Of a stretch of DNA of 64,000 nt, positions 1 to 57,616 are shown piece by piece. Position 1 is the stretch's first letter. Each line of letters opens with the position of its first letter. The notes beneath the pieces were generated by a model. It searched no databases and was not told the DNA's origin. It saw nothing but the letters and a program-made list of their open reading frames with translations. A program made the translations under genes and the position numbers. The stretch lies in assembly GCF_006345805.1 (NCBI RefSeq), contig NC_043019.1:30131360-30195359 (forward strand). The letters run 5' to 3'. This DNA is from Octopus sinensis (taxonomy: Eukaryota).

Positions 1-651
1 ACCACATAAGCATGTCTGCACCTTGAGTGAACTTCTTAAGCATGCAGTTGTGTCTTGATGGAGTAATGTCGGCAAAAGGTTGTAATGTTTCCGTCGGTGA
101 ATCTCTGCCAATCAACCTAAAGGTTTTCTTTTATGTGTGGTCAAGGATGTTAGAGTGACAAACAGTAGCAATACAATTTCAGGTGGGAGCAAAGTACCAC
201 AGATCCTTCCTCTTGTCCTAAACCACGGGCAATGTCTTCTCCTATGGCCCTGGGTTAATCAAAGCTGGATTTTATAGACAGAAACTCAAAGTGTGTTGTA
301 TACATACATACATAGATACATAGATACATACATACATACACACATACATACACACATACATACACATACATACACACACATACATACTCACTCATACATG
401 CTGCCATTGATTAGATCCAAGAGGCCATCACCTCTAGCTAGCTATGTGACACACGAACCTGTGTCCATTATAACCTTTGAACAGGGGCGGTCAGCTGCTT
501 CCCCTTACTGGTCAGGCATCTGCAGACTAGTTTGAGGTATTTGCCCTTTATCGATGCAGAGCAGCCAAACCCAGCAGGCGTCGCTACTGACCATCTTTTT
601 GAAGGATTATTTACCTAAATTCAGTGGAATACAGCCACTGGTTTTCAAAAA

Positions 652-842
652 TAGAAATATTAATATTTCTAAGTCTCTCTAAAGGAAACTACGGCAGCGG
701 TACTGGATATTAATAGTTATTGCTAAGCTAATATGGTAGTCCATAAATGTAGGACTGCCATATTAGCTTGGCGATAACTATTAATATCCAGTACCGCTGC
801 CGTCGTCTCCTTTAGAGAGACTTAGAAATATTAATATTTCTA
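652..842. repeat. Fold-back inverted repeat, about 90-bp arms, 9-nt loop
   Basis: 652-742 is the reverse complement of 752-842 with about 5 mismatches. Confidence 0.92.
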
Positions 843-1306
843 ATTCTTTAAGAGTTATAGTTTTACTTTTCATTCTTCTGGATTCAATAAAAAGGTATCA
901 GTATTTTACTGGGGTAATGATTCAATAACTCAACCAGTGCTTTTTTATGTGGCACCAGTACCCAAATCAATGCTCTTTACATGGTGGCTTGGTTTTAGGA
1001 TCTCGATTCTGTTGTGGTGGGCTCCTTTTAGAATTGGCATTGTGCCTAGACAGCTTTATTTCTACGTTCTCAATAAATTATACTGCATTGAACTAATAAG
1101 ATGATTTCTGCATGGTTACTCAGCTTACTAATAATAGCAGATACATTCTACCATATTGCATCCTATCATCTTTAAAATTGAGGTTTATTGGACAATGTAG
1201 TTATTCATGATATAGAAATATATGTAATGGCTATAGCTGGAATTCTATTGACCATGGATCTTCTTAGTCAAGATCTATGATTGTGTTCCCAGTCAGAATT
1301 GATCTA

Positions 1307-1872
1307 TTGAGTTGTCCAGAAAATTCATGCCGATTTTTAAAGGAAAGAAAAAGGTCAATAAATACTTGCCATTACATTTTTAATCAACCAAATATGAACC
1401 ATTTTGTTGCACAATGCATCTCCATCTTTCCTTTAACTTGAAAATATCCTCTTCCCAGAATTGAGGTGTTTTCATGGCAAAAAATTCATCAAGATATCTT
1501 TTTACATTATCCAAGGAATTGAAATTTTTACCATTAAGACTATTCTGCAGAGACCTGAATAAGTGGAAATCCGAAGGAGCAATATCTGGTGAATATGGAG
1601 TGTGGGATAACACATCCCAGCCGAGCTGCAGCAATTTTTGTTTGGTTCCCAAAGCATTAAGTGCCGAAAATGAACTTTCTTATCTTCCATTTTAAAGGGT
1701 TACAGAATTAACACATGTTATAGGAATATAAATCTTCTTCCACGGAAAGATAGCTTAAACTGTGCTCTAAATGGAGGTGTAGTCAAATCCTATTTTATGG
1801 ACTCAACCATGTTCTTAAATAAGTCGAAAGGTAAGCTGCTATATATCGGCACAAACTTTCCGGACAACCCAA
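1307..1872 (-). mobile_element. Non-autonomous mariner deletion derivative, copy 1 (566 bp)
   Basis: TA on both flanks, about 30-bp TIRs (TTGAGTTGTCCAGAAAATTCATGCCGATTT / AAATCGGCAC...-like), transposase C-terminus with PYSPDIAPSDFHLF. Confidence 0.95.
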
Positions 1873-2490
1873 TAGTTGGTCTAGCTATTGTGCTCACAAA
1901 GGCATGAATATATATTTAAATAGTTTGTGTTGGAATTTACATTATTTCAAGTTTGTTTAGTTCCACAGTGAGTAACATTGAAAAAGTGTCTTCTGGCATA
2001 AACTCAAATTGAAGTGATTGACTGAAATTTGAAAGCAGAAGCCATGTAGAAACACATCAGGCTGTACTTGTTTTCAGGTGATAGACTTAATCTGTTACCC
2101 AGTGGAGCTCTCACCAGGTTTGTTCATCAGGGTGATGAGAGCCATCTAGTCATCCTTAACGATGACTGATGACTTGTGTGGTGATTTTTGTATAAATAAC
2201 AGAAGAGTTGTGCACCATCAACCTCACTCTCATCCATGACCATCTTCAATCCAGTGGCAAGACCAGGTGATGATGACTAGGGACGGAGATGGATGCTGTG
2301 GATGACCAAAATGTCTTGACTTATCTCACTTTCTGCACTCCACAATGCATTGCTGCAGCTACCTTCCTCTCTGGTGGACCTTGCTGTTTCTTCCTCGGAG
2401 TCTGCCACACTTGCATAGGTAGGCAAGTCCTAATATGCTAATTAACCCATAGCTGGGACCCTGACAGCTGTTATTATTATTCCTGGTCAG

Positions 2491-2603
2491 AGTAGACCTA
2501 GGAACAACAGTTCCATACTGCTCAGAAACTCTGGAAACTCCTAGGAACAACAGTAGACCTGGGAACAATAGTTCCATACTCCTCAGAAACCCTGGAAACT
2601 CCC
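2491..2603. repeat. Two copies of a 61-bp tandem unit
   Basis: AGTAGACCT(A/G)GGAACAA(C/T)AGTTCCATACT...GGAAACTCC repeats at 2491 and 2552. Confidence 0.8.
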
Positions 2604-2635
2604 AAACCAGGGCCCCACTAACAGATGCTGTTTAA

Positions 2636-2855
2636 CCCTTTAGCATTCAGATTACTATGTCAAACGTAATGCTTATTCATTTTTATTGTTTTGAATTAAT
2701 CATGCATTATCTTATAACTTCAATATTTCAACGGTGTGTTTGTATATTTTTAGAATGACATTGTAGGGTAGGTGTGAGGAGTTGAATCTGGTCAGTTTTA
2801 ACATAAGAGGGATAGAATGTTTGGGCTGCGTATGGCCAGATTAAATGCTAAAGGA
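2636..2855. mobile_element. TTAA-flanked piggyBac-like MITE (family D); further copies about 30872-31300 (fused dimer), 47477-48092 (interrupted by a SINE) and 54799-55001
   Basis: TTAA|CCCTTTAGCATT ... AATGCTAAAGG(G/A)|TTAA termini and a shared interior (GAATGACATTGTAGGGTAGGTGTGA). Confidence 0.75.
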
Positions 2856-3393
2856 TTAAAGTCAAACTCAGGACTAAGTTTAGTACTAACAGCTAATCCT
2901 TAACAGTGTTTAGTGGAGATTACGCTATTTGAAATATTTGGACCTGGTCTCTGGTCTGGGAACAGCTTGGTATCTTAATGTGCTTCTTCCTACTGTTGTA
3001 ACCTCTGAATATGGTTTCCGACACCTTACCTCACCAGTCTCTAAGGCCCTCCAAAACTGAGGCATTGTCCTTCCTCCTCTGGCTGTGTCATGTAAAACTA
3101 TGCCAAAAGAAATCCTTATTTCCACAATTTCAATTAACTATGCTCCAAACAAGGGAGCCTCTTCATGCTTATGTAACCTGCTAGAAATAGCAGCCAAATC
3201 TTTCTTATATTATACCCCTCCAATTTAAAAAAAAAACACAGGGGCAAGGAATATATTAGATAATATACTTTTGGATACTACTAAAAAGGTGGATTGTTCT
3301 CAGCTGGATTGTCTTTGATCATGTTTGCTCCATCAAGAATTACTTGGGGTTAAATAATATCAATAACTATACCAACACTCCTATTATAATATT

Positions 3394-3630
3394 TATCTAT
3401 TTCTTTACTACCCATAAGGGGCTAAACACAGAGGGGACAAACAAGGACAGACAAATGGATTAAGTCGATTATATCGACCCCAGTGCGTTACTGGTACTTA
3501 TTTAATCGACCCCGAAAGGATGAAAGGCAAAGTCGATCTCGGCAGAATTTGAACTCAGAACGTAACGGCAGACAAAATACGGCTACGCATTTCGTCCGGC
3601 GTGCTAACGTTTCTGCCAGCTCGCCGCCTT
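3394..3630 (-). mobile_element. SINE family C (GGCAGCGAGCTGGCAGAA head; GTCGACTTTGCCTTTCATCCTTTCGGGGTCGAT core). Other copies about 7931-8235, 8270-8485, 21950-22110, 24230-24420, 32938-33350, 33650-33780, 34919-35334, 61780-62115
   Basis: More than 10 dispersed near-identical copies in both orientations; B-box-like GAGTTCAAATTCC; flanked here by a 34-bp direct repeat. Confidence 0.85.
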
Positions 3631-3734
3631 TCAATAACTATACCAACACTCCTATTATAATATTAATCATTGAGCCTCATTAAAAGATATCCCTATTTCT
3701 GTCACTATTTTTCTTGGTTTTTTTTTTGTTTTAG

Positions 3735-48350
<44,616 letters not shown>

Positions 48351-48549
48351 AGGATTTGACAATTATTTTCTTTTAATGTTCTTAAAGGCTTAGCGCCACT
48401 GTTTTTTTTGCCTGTTAATGAAGCGTAAAGTTCACAGTTTTAGAAAACAAAATATGCTGAATAGCCATGGTGCTATGTGCTAACATCAAATGAACTCAAA
48501 ATGAGACAAGCAAAAACAATTTTCTAATTACCACCTATATATACATACA

Positions 48550-48595
<46 letters not shown>

Positions 48596-49110
48596 CACAC
48601 ATACATATATATACATATATATATATGTATATATATATATATTATATATATAAATATATATATGTATATATATATATAATATATATATATATATATACAA
48701 ATTGAGATAGGGGTTGTAAATGCAACCCACCATGGGATATATATGTATATGTATGTATGTTTATCATATTATATATTATATATATATGTTTGCAAAAAAG
48801 TGAAAGAAAGAGAGTACTTGATACATGTGGTAGAGTTTATGAGTTTATTTATTTGAAAACAGCAGGAGATTCATTTTGTTACCACTCAGTCCCTTTACTG
48901 CACCCGAGAAACTCTGAGTTGCCACAAAAGTGAATCATCAGCTGTTTCGCCCATGAGATTTTTAATGTGGAACTATGTCAAACCTGTTATTAAATACTTA
49001 AAACTCTGACTAAATTGTTGAGTGCTAGTTTGTTTTATTTGTTCACCCACTCATGTACATACATACGCCGCAAGCACACACACACTCATACACATGCAGA
49101 TATATGCATA

Positions 49111-49163
<53 letters not shown>

Positions 49164-49164
49164 T

Positions 49165-49195
<31 letters not shown>

Positions 49196-49217
49196 TTATA
49201 TATATATTATATATATT

Positions 49218-49319
<102 letters not shown>

Positions 49320-49322
49320 ATT

Positions 49323-49353
<31 letters not shown>

Positions 49354-49360
49354 TATATAT

Positions 49361-49391
<31 letters not shown>

Positions 49392-49550
49392 TTGATTAAT
49401 GATAGAGACAGAAAATGGGAGATACCAAAAAGTTTATTGATCACTACGACTGTTTCGACCCATCTACACTATGGATACACCTGAACCAGATGTTCAATAT
49501 CCTACGTGTGAGCGACTGATGCTAGGTAGGTTGGAATAATTGTAGTGACC

Positions 49551-49556
49551 AATAAA
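49551..49556 (+). promoter_or_regulatory. Candidate polyadenylation signal (first AATAAA seen after the stop codon)
   Basis: AATAAA followed by a T-rich tract. Alternatives are ATTAAA at 48989 and AATAAA at 49748 and about 50107. No transcript evidence. Confidence 0.3.
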
Positions 49557-51748
49557 CTTTTTTTGTATCTTCCATCTTCCGTCCTTCTCATTAATCAAAT
49601 ACCTAACGAACACTGAGAAAGTGAATATGCTTTACCAGGGAACTACCAGTTGTATACCATACAATTTATTAACTTTTATATATATGTATATATATATATA
49701 TATATGTTCTAAAATCTACACAGCCTTGGTTTTTTATCTCATTACGAAATAAAATTTATATATATATATATACATACATATATACACACACACACATATA
49801 TACATATATTGTTGAAGTCATAAGTATTTATAAACTTTTGAGAGAACATGAAATTATTATTATTATTTTTTTTTTTGTTTTTTGGAACATTGGCTCTCAA
49901 AGCACATAAAGCTATAAATAATAGCAGGGGTAAAATGTTGTGTTGAAAAACCCTTTGGAGATAGAAAAAAGTTGAAGGCTGCCCAATAGGATGCAGTCGT
50001 GTATTTCCTTTGACTTTTCCTATCCACCCCCAAAAAAGGGGTATTTCAACCCCATATTAATATGCTATTATTTATAGCTTTATGTGTATTGAGATCCACT
50101 GTTCCAAATAAATAAATATATATATATGTATGTATATATTGACTTATATGTGTGCAGCATCTGCATTAAAACATGCGGTGTTGTTGCAACTAGTTTCCAT
50201 GTCTTTCTATATGATTCCACTCCACTTCAACATAATAGGGTGTTCTGTGTTCCCTTAATTTTTGTTGTCTTTAATCAATTGTTATAATTAATTTTTGTTT
50301 TCTTTATTTAAGTGGAGTGGGACGTGTCTTAGAAACGACCTCAGCGTAAATTTCTCAAAGCTCAAAATATTTCTCAGTGTAGAAACCAATGATTTGTTTT
50401 TGTCCCTAAAGCAGTCAGTCATATAAAGTAGAAAAAGAGGGAATCTTTTAAGCTGCTTGCTTTCTGAGACCAGCGTTACTGTCCCATCTCATGCCGATCT
50501 TCCTTACAACCATTCCATTTGTTTTGTTCAAATCCCAGTATATCTCATGATGAAGTGAGACACATCATGACATATTGTTGGTTTTGTTCCCATCATATTG
50601 TAATATGTTGTACCAAAAAAAAAAAAAAATTGCTTCCCTACCACTGGTTTTGGTCAAAAAATTCTGCACTATTTTATGATGGTGTGACTTAAACCCCATG
50701 AGTGTTGATTACATGGCTACCAATTGATTCAGTTGCAGTTGGTGCTTTTATTATATAAAGCTCAATAGAAGCGTTATAGAATATTGAGTGAGTGGTCAGT
50801 ATTTAGTAATATAGTAAAGTAGATGTATTTCACCTAAGAAAATCTGTAGTAAAATTGTTTTACATTCCTGGATTAACTAAACTTTTACAGTTGTAAAAAT
50901 ATTTCTTGAGTGATAAAAGGAAGCTTGAACAGTTTAGCTGTACCCCCCCCCCCATACACACACACACATGAAGGTTTTGAAAAATATTGTTGATACAGTC
51001 ACATTATTTGAAGAATGATTTTCTTAAAATAGAAATTATTAAACCCTCTTGGGACACCCGGGCCAATTCATCGGCCCAGGTGACGCAAGCTGAAAGAACT
51101 TTGAAGTCAATCCGTCAGCCTGATGAAACAAATGTTGTGAATGGTTGCTTTTGAAATGTAATAGCCAATCAGAGATCATCTTTCAGTAGGTGAATCTCAA
51201 TAGAAAACAAATTTTGGTCTTTTTGGCTACACATGCCAAAACACCAAGTGTCTCAAAAGGGTTTATTATATTAAATAGAAAATCTTTAAAAAAAGATAGG
51301 ATCACATTAACCTTTTGGAAAGAAGCTTTTGGCTTGCCCCATAACATTTGTGCTTCAACAACCAAACAGTGAAAGCACTTTCACTCAAAACAAAGGCTTA
51401 AGAAAATCTCTCTCCAAACATCAGAGGTGTACCTGCCAGGTGAGTGATTTGATCTGAGAACATGTGTTGAAACTAAAACAATTGCAGCAGGGAGGACACA
51501 TGTTAGCTATTCAAAAACACACAAGGGTTACTCTTTTACTCTTTTACTTGTTTCAGTCATTTGACTGGGGCCATGCTGGAGCACCGCCGTTAGTTGGGGA
51601 AATCGACCCCAGGACTTATTCTTTGTACGCCCAGTACATATTCTATCGGTCTCTTTTGCCGAACTGCTAAGTTATGGGGATGTAAACAGACCAGCATCGG
51701 TTGTCAAGCGATGTTGGGGACACAAACACAGACACACAAACATACACA

Positions 51749-51825
<77 letters not shown>

Positions 51826-54800
51826 CATATATATATGATGGGCTTCTTTCAGTTTCTGCCTACCAAATTCACTCACAAGGCTTTGGTCGGCCCGAGGCTA
51901 TAGTAGAAGACACTTGCCCAAGGTGCCACACAGTGGGACTGAACCCGGAACCATGTGATCGGTAAGCAAGCTACTTACCACACAAACACTTCTGCGCCTA
52001 CAACTTCGCTTAAACTATTTAGTATTTTTAGTATTTGATGTCAAAAATATTTTGTTGCACCAACTGCGACCCGGTCATTGGCATGATTCCACTTCATTTT
52101 GACTGTGTGTTTGTTTGTCTGAGTCATTATCAAACATTTGTGTATGCCTAACGAGTTAATCTAACTGCAAACATTCAAATGATCAAATTGATCAGAGAAA
52201 TATGGACAGTGAACTCTATGAATTACGACATTCAGTTTATAGATATATTATTGCAGAAGCTTTTCATATGAAAATGTTATAAAACTAAAAACCTTAGTTG
52301 TAAAATGTATTTTAGTGTTACAAACAATAACAGTTGATCAACAGAAAAAACATAGCATTATTGTAATACAATGGTGAGTTCATAGAGCAGAGAAATACAG
52401 TATTTAGTATTTAGTTTCATTCTTCTATATTTTGAGTTCAAACACTACCAGTATTAATTTTGGTTTTTATCTTCCTGGGGTTGCAAAATTATGTTCAAAT
52501 TTTAAATTCAAATCTTTGTTTCAAACCTTGTTAGTTCAGGAATGATAACATTACAGTTCAAATAGATAAATTTTTGCGTCTTTAATTAAGTTGAAAGTTA
52601 GTCTTCGTTATTTCAAAAATCAAAACTACAGAGGCAGAACATATTCTTGTTAGCCTTTTAACTGTGAAATTAAATTTCATGATTATTCTAGTAAATGATA
52701 TAAAATATCTGTGAAAGAAGAATTGCCTTTGTAAACTATCACAACAAAAAATAGTTTCAAGCGTAACATTCTTCAACAAAAGATAGATTGGTGAATAAAA
52801 CTACTTTCTGCAGTTAGGGATAATGAAATTTTGAGTGGATATATCTGATTTCTGCAGTAAAAGGGTTAAAGTAAAAATAGGAGACATTGGATCATGTCTT
52901 GAATTTAGTGTAACTAGTAAAAAAAAAAAAGTAAGACAGTCATGGTTGGACTGTCTTTGATCACAGGTTTGACAAATTTCCTTAACCCATTTACTGCAAA
53001 ATTAAATTTCAGGGTTATTCCAGTAATGATGTTAAATATCTACCAAAAATCAGAATTGTTATTTTCTGCAAATCCCATTGCCTCAACATACTTGGCATAT
53101 TTCAATGGAAAATAGTTTCAAACATGATATTCCTTAACAAAAGATAGCTTGGTATATAAATTTGCTTTCTGCAGTTAGGGATAATGAAATTTTGAGTGGA
53201 GATATCTGACATCTGCAGTGAAAGGGTTAAAATACAATGGCAAAGAGTTTGGAATTTTGATAACTGATTTTGAATGTGAACAATTGTCTTTCATTCAGTT
53301 GAAAGTGCGTTATTTCTCTAAATCTCATAATTCTTGATTACTTTGAAAATTAAAACCACAAATACAAAATTGTCTTCTTGTTGAAAAAGGGGAGAAAAAA
53401 AAAACTTGGTTACAAAAGGGTTAATCTGAGAGTGTGGAAAAGAGATGGAATTTTAATAATTGATTTTGAATGTGATATTATTTTGCCTTTAATTTGTAAT
53501 TTGTTGTTAATAAATGTTTATTCTGTTAAAACGGTATCTGACTTTAAGATGAAAACAAATTGAACGTTAAGACATATTTTGAAAAACCATATTACATTTA
53601 ACATTAATAAATCAAGTTAAATCATTCCTTACTCTGTGATGGAATCAACCAGAGTCAACTATTGATTATTATTATGTTATTATTCACAAATGAAATCATT
53701 TTCATCAATAGCATGTTTTTATTTAATTATATTGAAACCTAATCACATCTGGTAATTTTCCACTGAAAAATACAACAACTTTGATGTATAAAATAGGAAA
53801 TAGGATATATAAAAACTAACATGTCTAGTAGATTGCTGCTTTTTATCTAATAATAATGATAATAAGGAAAATGAGAAATAGGTTTGCTGTATTGATTATT
53901 GAACTGAGCTGAAATAGAATTTACATATAAAGAAAATAAAGACAAAAACACTTTCCGTGAAAATTCTGAAAAATTGATTATTATTAAAACATTTATGATT
54001 TTACATATTGATTCTTAAATTCTATAGCTAAGTTCTTTTTCATAGAAGCTAGCTATCAGCAAGCAGGTATTGTGAATCAAGAACGGTTGTCAATCATGCT
54101 TTTGCTCTGATTCTTAAACAATCAACAATGCCCTTTGCAATAGAAACTAGAAGAGCGAAAACAAAACACACACACACACACACATACACACACAAAAACA
54201 AAACAAAAAAGACAAATAAAAAGTATAAAGAACATAAATTAGTTTAAGCTCATAGAACTGCTTTTTCAAATGTTTACTTCCTCCAAGAGAAGATTCCATA
54301 TTAAAAATCTGCATGGCTTCTTACACGATGCCATTTAAGAATAGAATAGAAACACAAGATTTCTGAAATACCAAAATCAAAGATTTTGTGAGAGAAATTT
54401 CCAAAAAAATGCATCAATTACTTTATTTAGCATGAATACAGTTATTGTTTATTTTGCTTGTTTTGGTTATTTCACTGTGGCCACGCTGGAGCACTACCCT
54501 GAAGTGGTTAGTTGAACAAATCAACCCCAGGACTTATTTTTAAACCTAATACATACTCTATTGATCTCTTTTGCTGAACTACTAAGTTACAGGTACCTAA
54601 ACAAACCAAAGGAGTGAGGTGGAGGAACAAACACTCACATCTATATACCCTGGGCTTCTTTTAATTTCTGCCTACCAAATCCACACAGTGGGACTGAACC
54701 CAGAACCATGTAGTTGGGAAGCAAGCTTCTTACCACATAGTCATGCAAGCAGTTTTATTCAAGTTTTTATTTACTTGGATTTGTTTGTTATTATTTAAGT

Positions 54801-55347
54801 CTTTAGCATTCCAATTACTCTATCAAATGTAAGGCTTATTTATCCAGATTTTAAAAAATTAATCACGCATTATCTTGTAGCTTCAAGATTTCGAAGATGT
54901 GGTTGTTTATTTTTCGAATGACATTGTAGTGTAGGTGGCCAGTTCGAACATAAAAAGGTAGAACATTCAGGCTAGATATGGATGGCTTAAATGCTAAAGG
55001 GTTAATCCCAGTTTTGTCTTGAGCCAATAATCCTATGACCTAAAGCATTCCAACCATGGCCACCCCTTGTTTGTATGAGTGTGTCTAGGGGTTATTTTAT
55101 TCAATATGTTCCTTTCTTCGTCAAGATATTAATGAGCTCTATGAGTGAGATTTGGTTGCTATTTCTAGTTGCTCCAGTATGGCCACAGTCAAATGACTGA
55201 AACAAGTAAAAGAGTAAAAGAGATGCCTCACATTATATATATATATATATATACAATTAAAATTAAATTTAGGGTAAAAATTGATATTTATCAATTAGAA
55301 CCAGTGGTCTAGCATATTAAAAAAGAATCCGAAGATTAAAATATTTC

Positions 55348-55548
55348 TATATACCAATTAAGGACTGCACACGAAAAGTGGACAGTCAACATGCTAGATA
55401 TAGACGTCAAATCGCCATTCTCCACAAAAAAAGTTTATGTTCTCAGATCTGAGAACATAAACTTTTTTTTGTGGAGAATAGCGATTTGACGTCTATATCT
55501 AGCATGTTGACTGTCCACTTTTCGTGTGCAGTCCTTAATTGGTATATA
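55348..55548. repeat. Loop-less palindrome with 100/101-bp arms
   Basis: Centre AGA|TCT at 55447/55448; one substitution and a one-base poly-A/T length difference. Confidence 0.95.
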
Positions 55549-57195
55549 TATATACATATATGTACATATATGTATATATACACATACCTATTGACACACA
55601 CATACACTCATGTATATATATTAAATGAGGAGTGCCTAATGTGTGTGTGCATATCTCTATATCTTTCAGCATGAATGAGAAAACTGAAAGGAAACCAGTG
55701 CATTTTTCCTTTGTGATTTTTGCCCTACATCAAGTTATAGATATTCCTTTAGCATTCAGAAGAAGAAAAAAATGTGCAGTGAACCAGTGATTTGGTCAAT
55801 AGAATGATTTTAACCGATGACTGCGTCTTTCACCATTTGCAATAAGAATATAAAAAAAATGTAAACATGACCAAAAAAGAATATTTTGCAAGTATGGATA
55901 TTTGTACATTGTCAGGACAACTGTTGTTTTGTTTTTCTCTTGTAGCTTTTGATTATTCTTCTCAATATTAAACTACTCTTCTTGGAAGTAGAACACATCA
56001 ACCAGGCGGACCAAAGAGTGTGAATTTATGTACCTTGTTTTTCACACAATTCAGATTCACTCATGCGTGGGTCTGGAGTTACAGCGGAAGACATAGACAA
56101 ATTTTTTTTATGTGCCCTTTTCAAGCCTAGCCAGGTTCATGGGCCCAGTTTCCTGGTTTCTGTGGTGTATGTGTTCCCCCCTCCCCCAGCTTGATGGGAT
56201 GCCAATCCATCGCTGCATTACTCAAGAAACAGAAAGAGAGAGTGAGAAAAAGTTGTGGCGAAAGAGTACAACAGGGGTCACCACCACCCCCTGCCAGAGC
56301 CTTGTGGAGCCTTAGGTGTTTTCGCTCAATAAACACACACAACGCCTGGTCTGGGAATCGAAACTGCGATCCTCTGACCACAAGTGCTCTGCCCTAACCA
56401 CTGGGCCATTGCACCTCCCAAATGGGCCCAGTTTCCCGGTTTCCATGGCGTATGTGTTCCCAAGCTGGATGGGACGCCAGTCTATTGCAGTGTTTCTCAT
56501 TTTTGCCAGCTGAGTGGACTGGAGCAACGTGAAATGAAGTGTTTTGCTCAAGAATACAACGTGTCGCCTGGTCCAAGAATCGAAACCACAATCTTACAAT
56601 CATGATGCTGACACCCTAACCACTAAACCACACACCTCTACACATACATACATACTTATATATAGATAGATAGATGCAAGCTTGCGTGTGTGTGTGTGGT
56701 AGAGAAGTTTGCTTCCCAGTTACATGGATTTAGGTTCACTCCCAATGCAAGACACCTTTAGACCAACATGGAATGAAGCGTTTTGCACAAAAAAACAACA
56801 CACCATCTGGTCTAGGAATTGAACCCATAATCTGGCAATCATGAGTGCAACACCTTAACAACTAGGCCACACATCTTCACATGTAGACATGGTAAGAATA
56901 TAAAGGGACATAACTATACAATGTCTTTATAGAAAAACAAATCCTTCTTCTTTATAACAGACATAAGTGTATCTTGGACAACTGGTCAGCTTCCCTTTCA
57001 AAGATATTTAAACATATAGGCACAGGCGTGGCGTTTTGGGTAAGAAGCTTGCTTTCTAACCACGTGGTCTTGGGTTCAGTCCCACTGTGGGACACCTTGA
57101 GGAAGTGTCTTCTACTATAGCATCAGGTTGACTAAAGATTTGTGAGTAGATTTGCTTGACAGGAACTGAAAGAAACCCACCATTAATGTACATAC

Positions 57196-57247
<52 letters not shown>

Positions 57248-57616
57248 ATTGTGTAGGTAGTTAGGGTAAATTTCATGTCTATCTAACATGTAGCATGAAA
57301 CATGTAATGGTGAATAAATAAGACCAAAACCTTTCCAATTTCCTGTTTTGTTACACACACACACATGTATGTTATCTGTGTGTTTTTTGTTTGTCCTTCA
57401 TCACTGCTTGTCAACTGGTGGTGGTTTGTTTACATCCCTGTAACTTAGCAGTTTGGAAAATGAGGCTGATGGCATACGTATCATGCTTAAAATATAACTA
57501 CTGGGGTTGATTTGTTCAACTAAACCCTTCAAAAGTGGTGTCCTGGCTTGGCTACACTCCAATGACTGGTAGAAATAAAACAAAAGAAGAACACCTTAAC
57601 ATACCCATGCATGCAG

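Noticed and set aside
1380-1652. Active mariner transposase (also 31587-31820)
   Set aside because: Most of the transposase is deleted, and the N- and C-terminal remnants are out of frame.
2925-3125. Short minus-strand ORFs (2925-3125, 17327-17584, 60449-60631) as exons of an antisense gene
   Set aside because: No recognisable motif, no chain of compatible splice sites and no supporting neighbours.
3670-3734. ORF-track start for exon A, and similar extensions of ORFs at 27062, 34423, 37173 and 39242
   Set aside because: These extensions run through polypyrimidine tracts and intronic sequence. Splice sites and phases define shorter exons.
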